Assembly (NCBI GenBank): GCA_965235115.1
Contig: OZ249436.1
Location: 57,350,001-57,414,000, forward strand
Origin: Laetmonice hystrix
Lineage: Eukaryota
DNA: 64,000 nucleotides
Direction: 5' to 3'
The position numbers and the translations under genes were made by a program. This document shows positions 1-11,100 of this stretch, in pieces; the first letter of the stretch is position 1; every line of letters starts with the position of its first letter. The notes under the pieces were generated by a model. It saw only the letters and a program-made list of their open reading frames with translations. It was not told the DNA's origin and did no database searches.

Positions 1-1450
1 CCTTGACAAAAATACATCATTGAACTACTGAAACTGATAATCAGAGTCTGCTATGTTTAACCTGGTGCACTGTGTCGGTGCTTTAAGCTGTCATCAAGGA
101 TGTCATTTGGTGTGGGTCGGTACAACCTTATCATTGACGTAAATCCACCTGCCCGGAGAGGGACCTGCCCCGTCTCATCCTGTCGGTAGTGCACCGCTCT
201 CAGGAAAACGGTCAGGAATTTGGGTCCAGTCGAAAGGTTGGGGTGAGACTGGTGCCCCAGAATAAAGCAGTAGGTGCAACTCTTGTGTACGGTGAAGAAC
301 TGCTGTGGGAGGGATCTATTTCTTGACCGCGGAGGACCATAGTCCTGGAGACACAACCCGTGTTCACAATCGAGGCCTGGAGGAAATTACAATAACATTA
401 ATGTCGTCCAACCTCCTTCTCGGGAACTGCTGAGGTCAAGTGCAACAACACATCAGCTCAAAGTTACGGATGAGCCGGACTCTTTTGCATATCAAAGTTC
501 TTTGCAACGGCCAACCCAGGGAGAGGTTCTTGGTTTGTCACCAAGGAACAGGCTTTCGCTGTTTCTGAAACAGTTGTCTTTGTCTCTGACCCCAGAATTT
601 GGTACCAACATCAATATTCATATGATTGAGGCGGTGATATATAAGATCAGATGACCCCGTGATGGGGCCTGTCCACACCGGGTCAACCCGCCACGGGCTA
701 GGGGGACACTTCTCGGCCTAGAGAGGATGGGCTTGTTGATACAACAGGTGCCCCCTGATAACCTTACAGGTCACCACCGGCAATGACACCCCCCCCCCCC
801 GTCCACCAACAACCTGACAGTGTAGAAAGACTGAAAGAAACTATGAAAAAAAACTCAGAGGGAGGTCATGTAGGAGTCATATTTCAATCAGTCAGTGTTC
901 CAACGGAAATGAGCCGTAGGTCCAAGAAATTCCAGCATAACATCGTTCTTATTGTAGTGTCCTCTAATAATTCTGAACAGTTAGTTCCAATTTCAAGAAC
1001 CAGGGAAGCCCATGAATGTCAACGCGGGGATTTCATATAAGTACCGATATATATCTTTAGTTGCCTCCTGCACATCGACTGGCAGCGTTCACGAACCGTG
1101 GATCTTGACGTAATGGTAGACATCCGTTATGAAGTGACGCGTCACCGTCAGCATATCCTGACCTGCCGTTCGCGAGGTCAGATGTACAGCCAGCAGAGCC
1201 CCCTGGCGGAGGACCTGACCCACAGTGACTCGGCTTGACATCGATACCCTTTGACCTCCTATAACCTGACCCAGCTCGCCCAACATCTTGTTATTTCAGC
1301 AGCATCTGCAGCTAGGGCGTCTGTCAATAAAACTGGAGGTCAGCTATAATGAAACCGGCCGTAGTCAAATGAATTGGTCATTGGTTTTGGAATGCCTGGA
1401 CACTGCGGTTTCCTGAAGGTGTCGTATGTGAAAGTTAAATTCCTAGATGC

Positions 1451-1582
1451 CAGGGCCCGGTTCACAAACAAAGTCACGTCAATTTTAATTAACTTGAAAT
1501 CGATTTTAACCAATCAGATTCAAGTAAAATTGACTTTAAGTCAATTAAAATTGACTTGACTTTGTTTGTGAACCGGGCCCTG
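1451..1582. mobile_element. 132-bp MITE with about 40-bp terminal inverted repeats and a 4-bp flanking duplication
   Basis: Left arm CAGGGCCCGGTTCACAAACAAAGTCACGTCAATTTTAATT (1451-1490) matches the reverse complement of the right end with 1 mismatch; ATGC lies on both sides (1447-1450, 1583-1586). Confidence 0.85.
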
Positions 1583-3148
1583 ATGCCATCCTCTCAGTAC
1601 CCGAGTGGTAGGACTGGTACGTCCAGGTTCATAAAGTTGTTTGAGGGTTGTAGCACCAGAGACGGTGTTTGTATAACAGGATGAAGAGACCACCAGACAG
1701 ACCATAATCGATGCCAGGTGATGTGGCAGGCTTCACTCGGTTCTTTAACACACAAGAACAGTACTGGTCTGACAGTACAGGGGGTGGGAATCTGTAAATG
1801 ATCTCAGTTTGGAGTGTATCCTGTGGTTGGTCATACCGTATAGGTATACGCCATACGTAACTGGTAGTTAGGACCAGAATACCTCATTATTGTAAACATA
1901 TTGCTCAGAAAAAATGCCAGTTGTACCCGAATTTGTGCCTTGAGTTTTTTTTATTAATAAGGCGATTGGTTAAAACGGTTAATAGCATGGTGATCAGCAT
2001 TGTCAATTAAGAAGGCAAAAGCTACCTTGAGTCTCAAATCTCAAGAGGGCACCAGTGTTACAATAAAAGTGGAGTTTTTCGATAGGTCTGCACGGTGATT
2101 ATTGAAACTGAACCAAGACAGGGCGGTGGTCTGGGGTAGGATTATTATTGTGTCTGCTTCTCAGTGTTACCATGGTGTACAACACAGCTGAGTGCAGGTT
2201 GTTCAGACCACTGTGTCGACACACCATGTGTTACCAAACTGTTATTGTACGACATGTGTCCGAATGATAACAAATCCTGAACCATTTCGTTTCCTGCACA
2301 TGTTCGAGACTGCGTCAGATATACAGAAAAGTTCAGTTTATACTATGAACAAGACTTAGTATAGATCAACAGTGTCTGACCTGTATCAATAGGAATTTTT
2401 AAAATAGTTTTTAGATAAGTCAGTACCCTAGTTCTGTGGTAACAGAGATTTATCATTACATGTGTATGACTCCGTAGGTAGAGTGATCCTTAAAACATTT
2501 TCTTCGTCTTGTCAGGCCATTTTCCAAGGATAGGATGGCCGGATTCAGCATCTCAATTTCTGGAATAAGATCTGAAAAAAGGAGGCCTAAGTCTCAATGC
2601 TCAGAGAATCCCCGGTGTCGGAGAGAAAGCGTAATACGCCTGCCTCGTTGAAACCTTTGTTCAGACCGTGAAAGTAATGGCTAATGAAACAATTATGGTT
2701 TACTGGGGTATTGCTGATCATAAAAAGACTGCATACTTGCTTTATTAAAATGATTCTATATAAGAGGTTTTATAAGTTGGACTCGAATAGACTCAAAAGA
2801 TACCAGTAGCTGATGTCCGTTGTGTCTAGTTTCTGGGACTCGCGGAACACGAGGCAGGCAGAGGGACTCTGTCCGATAAGATGCTGGCAGAGAAGGCAGG
2901 CATGAAGGATTGAAATGCCGAGATTGGAAGGTGGAGTGACTCGCTTATTGAGGCTGTAAAAAGGCCCGGCTTGTCGAGACATGCGAGGGATGCCTCCCAG
3001 ATGGAGGTGGGTGAGGAATGTAAGCTGTGCTAGCTGTATATCACTTCTTACACTCTCTAGGGACTGGCTTCTCGTGACAAGGACGGCATCTGTTGCCAAG
3101 CAACTGCATTGAAAAGGTGGGCTGCTAAGAGGGAGGGGTCAGGGTGAC

Positions 3149-3199
3149 TTGCCCCTGCCCATGAAACCCCAATGATTGGGGTTTCATGGGCAGGGGCAA
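3149..3199. repeat. Perfect palindrome, 25-bp arms, 1-nt spacer
   Basis: TTGCCCCTGCCCATGAAACCCCAAT-G-ATTGGGGTTTCATGGGCAGGGGCAA. Confidence 0.95.
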
Positions 3200-5095
3200 A
3201 CTTTAATACACGCAGTATTATGTTTGCAGTTCTGATGTGACAAAAAAAATCTTTCCTGCTCTAGAAGGAACTATAAGAAATCCGGATGATAATATCTAGA
3301 GAACTATTAAATATCTGTTTTGGAAATACCTCTATGAAATCGGAGACTTGGCATATATTGCCTTGTTGCGGTATGTTGAGGCATTACGGACGATCCTCTA
3401 CCTTATTACCGTACTGCGGTTCTCAGCCCAGCAAGACGTCCTTCTATAAAACAAGGCCATCATGTTTTCAGACAGTTCTGACATACTGAGAACAGCATCC
3501 TGTTTTTTCTCTGCGTCCTCAGTGCGAGCCTGCTCAACGGATGTTGTCATGGTTGCAAGATAATCCAGAGGAAGCTGATTTGGCTCGGTTGCCATGGTGA
3601 TCTGTCGGATCAGAATTAGCCGGACGGGTCCAGACAGTTGATAGTAGATGATACACAATGTTTATGATGTTGCAAATACAACAAAACAGAAGTCTATGCT
3701 TTACTGCTTATTCTCATGAGAGGTGTGCTAAATTTGTAGGCCTATACTGTAGGCATTATTGAATGAATACGGTAGTTTACTACGACAGGTGAATGACCGA
3801 AATGATTGGTGAAGTATATCACTATGTATCCTGCCACTTTCTTTTGAGAACCTTGACAACAGTAGCCCTGGGCACGGTGTATTGAAATATACCTGAAAGT
3901 CAACTGAAGGTCATATTACGCTGCCTCAAATGTTAATCAAGGTTATTTAAAATTCCGGAGAGGTGTTGACATTGAAAACTGACCAGCGAGCAAGAGGTTT
4001 GGGCAGGAATCAGCTAAGCTCCATTATTCCTATACTGTTAGTATGTCACGCAGCTGTGGCCAAGATGGTTCGTCTGCAGGAGTAACTCAAGAACCAGATT
4101 CAGACGTGTTTATAAACACGCCAACGTGCCAAATGGCTAATAATTTTTATCAGTGGAACAGGTAAACAAGACGCCCCCTATTTGAGACTGTGTGAGACAG
4201 GTGGCACGATTTACTTCTCAGTGGCCCTGGTTAAAGGGGGAAAACATAAAATAGTTTTTAGGGCGCAGTTCTAAAAATGGTGAGAAAATAGTAAGCAGAA
4301 GTTTTGTATATACTTAATTCGGCTTGTTTTACATGCAGACGTCATGAAGAAAATAAGTTCTGACGACGAAATTGGTTATGGCAGACCAAGTACAGACAAG
4401 GAATGGTTAAAGCTACATGTATGTGGGCAGTGTGTCTTACTGCCATGATCAACACACTGGCTGGTTGTCATAGCAGCTCTAAAGACAGTAATTGTAGCCA
4501 TATGTGGCATGAAAAACGTCACGCTATTTCTTCTATAGGGCCGAGGACCAGGCCTTCCATTCCAATACATGTCGTCTCAGAAACTAATGGGATTCCCGCC
4601 GGCATGAAATACGGTTCTTACACCGTACAAGGTCTCTGATGACAGCCAATCGAGCCTATCTTAACACAGAAATAGGTGCATGCACAACAGTTCATGGTTT
4701 TTGGGCATGCCTGAGGGAAAACAATTTGAGGATGTCCAGCAATGTATAAATTGGCACCCAGACGGGTTCATAATATTTCTAAACTGTTTTTATCTACTGG
4801 CAAGGCATCTTTTTGTTCTAATTGCCTATAGATATTTGAAGGGCAATTGAACCATGTGAAGTTAAGAGGCGACACGCTGGACTCATTCTTTCAGGAGGGA
4901 GAACGAAAAATGAGTTCAAAAAGAGGAGAAAATTCATTCTTCAGAGCATTCTTTAAATAGCGTAATTGAAAGCATGTGCCCACACTCAGAGTTATGACTA
5001 AAGGCTCATGTATTAGCTAGTGAATTCAGTAAATATGAGGTAATCCAGCAGAAAATCGTTTTTTTAGCAGGCTGACGTTTTTCTTGTGGTTTCAG

Positions 5096-5197
5096 ACGGA
5101 TGGCAATGCCAGTTTCCTGCGGGCGGCCAGGGCCGGGAACCTAGAGAAGGTCCTAGAGTACCTGAAGGGAAGCACAGACATCAACACAAGCAATGCT
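5096..5197 (+). CDS. ANK2: Ankyrin exon, ANK repeat 1 (102 nt, phase 0/0)
   Basis: ttcag|ACG...GCT|gtaagt; [34 protein letters not shown]. Confidence 0.95.
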
Positions 5198-8100
5198 GTA
5201 AGTACCATATCATATTCATGCACATATTGTTTTCAATGGGAACCATGAGGCGAGCTTTCTTGCAGTTTGCATGAAACAGTATCGTCAGTTTCAGTTTAAT
5301 GATGAGGGCATATTTTCTGAGTACGAGGATAGAAATTGTCCATTATGTGGAGGTTACAGAATGGCCCAGTGCAGCTGTCAGATGACGCCATTCCAGCCGT
5401 AGGTCTCTGGTGATTCTTTCCTCTATTGTGGCAACTTGTTTACTGACAGCGTCTCACGTTCCAATGAAATACAAAAGAATGAAATCTGAACACCTAAGGA
5501 TTCGGGTAAAAATAATGTTCTGTTATTTGTCTGTGTACTTCGGGCTTAAAATGTAATGTATTGTATTGGAAAACAAAATCAGATCAAAATCGTTTGGAAC
5601 CTTTGGATTGCCAGGATACATTTAACCACTTTTTTGATGGGAGTGCTCTGTTGGTTCACCTTGTTCCTAACCATGGTACGTCGCTCAAGTCGGCAAGTTT
5701 CTTTCTACAGACCTTTGCAAATCTATAAAAACCAAATTTATTCTTATATCTTATAATATTTAAGAAAATTGTAACATAACATCGAGGTTGGTGAGAGGTT
5801 TTTCAGGGGTAAGTTCAGAATCCGATAATCGGGACAGGTCGCAAGAGCTCAGGAGTGGTAGTGCAGCCATGCAAAATAACTGCAGGCGGCCTTGCAGAAT
5901 TTAGGGGGAGCACGTTTGTCCTTGCCCTTCTGTCGGTTATTTGTAGGAACCATCACTTTGGTTTAGTTAAAGATAAGCCATTCTCAGTGACTGCAGCCTC
6001 CTACATCTTGGATCTTTCCGGTAGGCGACAGCAGAGTGGTACAGTTCTAACATCTTTTTGATGACAGCTATGTGACATAGACACTGGGGAAACATGCAGC
6101 GAAAAAGGTTGACGTTGGAGGGAGACTCTATGGTTACTGAGACAATGCTCCTAGTTGTGGTATGTCTGCCAGGTCCGTGGCCCCCGTGGTACCGGGCTAA
6201 TGTGGAGCTGTGGTGAACAGCTGGAATGTTGGGTTATTGAAACTGGTGTGGGTTGGCAGGTCGGCGAGTGTTGGCAGGTCGGGCTGACCCGCCGACTTGA
6301 TCCTTTGTAATTTGGGTACGAGTCTCTGGTACCGGCTGGCCACTCAGCTGGAAGACCACCTACGGCCATCACCTCCCAACAGCTGTGGGTGAAAGATATA
6401 TGATGAGATCACGTTCTTCTATCAGTGTCGTAGGCATAACACTATCGGGGGAATTTCCATTTAACCAGAAAGATTAAAGTGTGGGAATAAATCGTAACTG
6501 AAAACTTGTAATGGTATGAGCTATAGGTTAGAATTCCACTTCAAGGGATTATGCGTGTATGCCAAGCTTTAAAGTACCGGTATGTCTCTTACTGGGAAGA
6601 AATTTTAAGTACAGTTTTAGGAAGAGTTGAGCAACTATTCCAAATAATGCTCGACGTTCTTTTTCATTGTGTCACAAATCTTCGTGGGACATAGAAGCGT
6701 GACTGCTGCGGCTGATTGCTTAGATATATACTGTGTGGAGCTGTCTTGTATTACATAACAGCGCAGGAGGATGGGGCATACAGCGGGGGCTTGCCTGTTC
6801 TTGAGAAACATCAAGCGCGACACAAGTATGTAGTAAAGTTCGAGAACCGTCAATACTTTGTGGGGCTATTATTTGACTAACGTTACTCTCAGGCTTTAGA
6901 CTTCCTGATTTTAGTTGACAGTGCAAGGATAATATGAAACCCGCAGGTCTGGCTGACGGATTATCCAAATCAGTTATTGTCTTTAATCATCCTGGATTAA
7001 TTGGCAAGATATTCGAGAACAGAAATCTGTTTTTACTCTGTCATTTGAAACTTAGTCTTGCTGAATATAGCCTCCAGTTCAGGTTCAAGGAATGACTAAG
7101 CTCCTGGTAATGCGTGAGAGTGTCACTGCGGACGAAAACAACCTGACTCGCCGAGTGTCCCAGAAGTGAGGGTTGACAGCGCAGAAATGGCACCCAGAGG
7201 CAGAATATGCAATGTCCTTTAAAGTCTATCACACGCCTGGGTGTGAGCATCTGGATAAATAAATGTGCCATGGACAAGTGGGGGAAGATGTGGAATGGCC
7301 TACAGCAGCGAGATAAATGACATCTCAAAAACAGTAGACACATTAGATGTTTTCCCTCAGAACTCGCAAAGTATATCAGTCAGGGACCCCTGGTTGACTT
7401 ATCCGGAGGGGCATTCAAAGACATTTAACTTTAAGGCCGGCTTTTATAGAGGTCGTCGCCAAATCCAGGCCAGTTGTTCCGTTAAGCCATTGCTTAAATT
7501 TTTAAAGCAAATAAAAATATCTGATGAAGGGAATAGTGGGAGTAAAACGCATTTTTAGATTTATACATGGATGTAAAATCGGAAAGATGACACTTGAAAA
7601 TATTTCTATAGAAGAAGTTCATTATTAGCAGCTAGGGCCACACACGGTCAGTACAATGAGGCAAAGGAGACGTTCTGTTAATACTTCAAGCATATTTGTT
7701 TAGTGTTGGAGATAGAAAACCTGTGTTACAACTATATTGCTAGCCGTCGTTTTCTAGAAAGGCCACCAAGATAAGATTGTGTGTCATGAGCCAAGCTCTC
7801 TGATGAACCAAGGTGAGAAAAAAAACACATAGAAGTGTTAGCTTACAGTGAAGTATGTGGCAAGTTTGACACACATGTTGATGCTCCAGTTTTCCGTGAC
7901 AGGCATTGTCATTTGTCCTTCTGGCGTTACCCATTAATGTTACTTCTAGGCCTTTGGTGCCCCTTCCTTTACCCTGCAGTGTAACGGGTAGTCGACCTCG
8001 GGCGTGAACACGATCGTGCCATTGTACCAAGGCCGTAAAGTTTATCTATAGTAAACAGCTACAAGCTAGAGTCGGAGGCTGCCATTTTTATTCCTTTTAA

Positions 8101-11100
8101 CTTCAAACAGATAAAGTAAACACACCACTATGTATGGCATGTATATATACATCAACAAAGACAAACTTCATTCAGGGCCCAAGTGTATGAGGGAAACCTA
8201 CAGATGTATTCCTTGAGCTTTGACCTCCCCTTTTTTGCTGCTCTAGGATAGACTATGCCGAATGCTCACAGATCTTGAGTTAGAGTGATAGAAGCGGTTC
8301 TATGGATGTCATACCCTTGCAATCCTTGGCGAACCCAAGGTAGGGTTTGGAGGGTCCTGGCTGTCGCCCAGGTATGGCGCATTGTTTACCACTGATGCCA
8401 AGAAAGGGGTTCTAACATTACCCAACCACCGTGTGGAACACCTGAGGTGTTGACATTGGGGGTCATGCCACCGGGGACCCAGCCCCAGAGAGGACGCCCA
8501 CCACCGGGAAGTCCCAGGCCAGGGCCCAGGGTGCAGAATCTTGCCTATTTGCCCTAGAGAACAGCCCCTCCATCCCGCTCAGTCAGAAATAGAAAGTCGA
8601 CGAAGAGTTAAATGTGTCTGCCTCGTGTCATACTGATGTGAGTCACCATAAGTAGGTGGCTTTCCGGCGTGGGAGGTCCAGTTTTACACCCAGGCCGGGT
8701 TCCGGTCAGGTTTTTCAAACATTCACCAACATGGCACCTCAGCATGATTGCGCTGCGATACATGTTTGAATTCCTGCTGGAGGCTGGAGCTGTCTTTGTA
8801 ACTTACAATATTAGAGGGTGGCTGCATTCTAGCGTTGGCCCATTCCTGGTTGTCGGTACATAAGATTCATGTGAACAATAAGGTTAAAAACTGGTTTAAT
8901 GGCTTTAATGATTAACTCGACCACGTGGGGTTGTCATGCCTCCAAGAAGACGGTGTCTGATTGGAGATCCATTTCTTGCCAAATCTTAAGATCAGATAAT
9001 TAGGTATGTGTGTCCTGATCAGGCTCATGTTGGTCTCACTGGAGTATCTAAACAATGATGCGATAAAGAAGGATGTGATTTTCCACATGACCACCTCGGT
9101 GTCAAGCCTGATGGGGATTAAAATAACAACGATCGAGGGGAACACATGGCTGCCCAGAGTCCAATGTCCTTCAAACTGAGAGTGTTTTACCATATTTGTG
9201 CGGAAATTGGGCAGTAAGATATGAATTTGTTGCCGCCTTGTACCGGCCTCCTTCTGTGCCATGAAGTAGAGTACACTCAAAATATGATTAAATACTTATT
9301 TACAACCGCAAGGGTTTTAGTTTCCTTGCCGAAATCCGTGGATGTGTTTTATCTGTTTGTTGGCCGTGGAAGATCCGTGGCGTAATGAGCGACAGTGGTG
9401 TATTTGTGTCATAGATGCAACTGTTTTCCTGAGCCCAAGTCTGGAAACAGGCCAACTATAATATAGTTGGCCATATAGCAGGTTGAGTCAAGGGGTCGGT
9501 CCCCTGGCCCGCCGAGGGCAAGGTCAAAGAGGGAACTTTCCCGCCCCCCCCCCCCCACAAGGTCGTGGAGTGTCCCGCCTTGGAGCCTTCTGTTACCCCG
9601 GATAAACAGGGAGACAGCGGCGGGGGTCGTCTGCTTGGAGACTGTCTATGCTGTCTGTGCCTAACGTCACCAGTCACAGTGGCGGGGGTCGTCTGCTTGG
9701 AGACTGTCTCTGCTGTCTGTGCCTTACGTCACCCACGGCGAAAATCACCACTACTCACTCACTCACTCACCCTAACGTCACCAGTCACAGTGGCGAGGGT
9801 CGTCTGCTTGGAGACTGTCTCTGCTGTCTGTACCTAACGTCACCAGTCACAGTGGCGGGGGTCGTCTGCTTGGAGACTGTCTCTGCTGTCTGTGCCTAAC
9901 GTCACCAGTCACAGCGGCGAGGGTCGTCTGCTTGGAGACTGTCTCTTCTGTCTGTACCTAACGTCACCAGTCACAGTGGCGGGGGTCGTCTGCTTGGAGA
10001 CTGTCTCTTCTGTCTGTACCTAACGTCACCAGGGGTGGCGGGGGTCGTCTGCTTGGAGACTGTCTCTTCTGTCTGTGCCTAACGTCACCCGTCACAGTGG
10101 CGGGGGTCGTTTGCTTGGAGACTGTCTCTGCTGTCTGTGCCTAACGTCACCAGGGGTGGCGGGGGTCGTCTGCTTGGAGACTGTCTCTGCTGTCTGTGCC
10201 TAACGTCACCAGTCACAGTGGCGAGGGTCGTCTGCTTGGAGACTGTCTCTGCTGTCTGTGCCTAACGTCACCAGTCACAGTGGCGAGGGTCGTCTGCTTG
10301 GAGACTGTCTCTGCTGTCTGTGCCTAACGTCACCAGTCATGTATTCTCATCAATGCTGGTCCTAATGGGTGACAATCCACAGACACCGTGTCGTCACGAT
10401 TGCAAATTGATCTCAAATCGACCTGGGTTGGACTTCCAAGTCCCGGGAGGTCAAACCCTAAATCTGACGACACTGAAGGATATCCCTCTCTAATACTTTT
10501 GGCAGAGTCTCGGACACTGTCCCTCGTGGGTCGTCCATTGAGTTGTTCTGCGACAACGGTCGGGTCAACTTTAATAATGCATCGGGGTACAACAGTAAAG
10601 AGCCCAAGAACACTTGAAAAAAGAATTCGACTACAAATCCGCAGTTATGATTGAAGTATTTCATTGGATAATCTGGATATGATTTAGGTTTGTGGACCAG
10701 TAGGTTTAGAGGTCTGGGTATGTGTAAAGGAATGTGGCTCAAGTAGTTGTGAAATACCTGCAGCTGGGATTGATTTGACCGTTAGATCACTGCACGTCGG
10801 GTTACCTCAGGCTATGGTGCTGCAAGGGTTAATCCAGGCTAATGGAACAAGCACATGCATTGAAAATGCATATAAATCGTTTGCAGTCAACAGTGTAACC
10901 TTGCATTCTATTAACCTAGTTCACTTGGGGAGGCGTTTGAGACCTAAGTGTAGTTTCCATATTGGAGTGGTCATTGCATGTGACAGAAACATAACAAACT
11001 AAATGAAACATACGAGGGCCCTGTTCTATAAAAAGACCTCCTCAGACGTTGATTTCAGTTGTGTAGTCGGCTGATAAACTGGCAGTTGGCCAGCTGCAGA

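Noticed and set aside
1-5095. Search for ankyrin exon 1
   Set aside because: ATG-to-donor candidates (4133-4161, 4277-4290) end in phase 2, incompatible with the phase-0 exon at 5096; exon 1 probably lies upstream
7102-7430. Possible decayed RNase H-type non-LTR retrotransposon fragment (W*CVRV...LAE...[12 protein letters not shown]...[10 protein letters not shown])
   Set aside because: The resemblance is by eye only, with multiple stops; it needs a tBLASTx/HMM search against Dfam or Repbase before being called
9565-9899. ORFs with repeated [11 protein letters not shown]
   Set aside because: Translations of the 62-bp minisatellite
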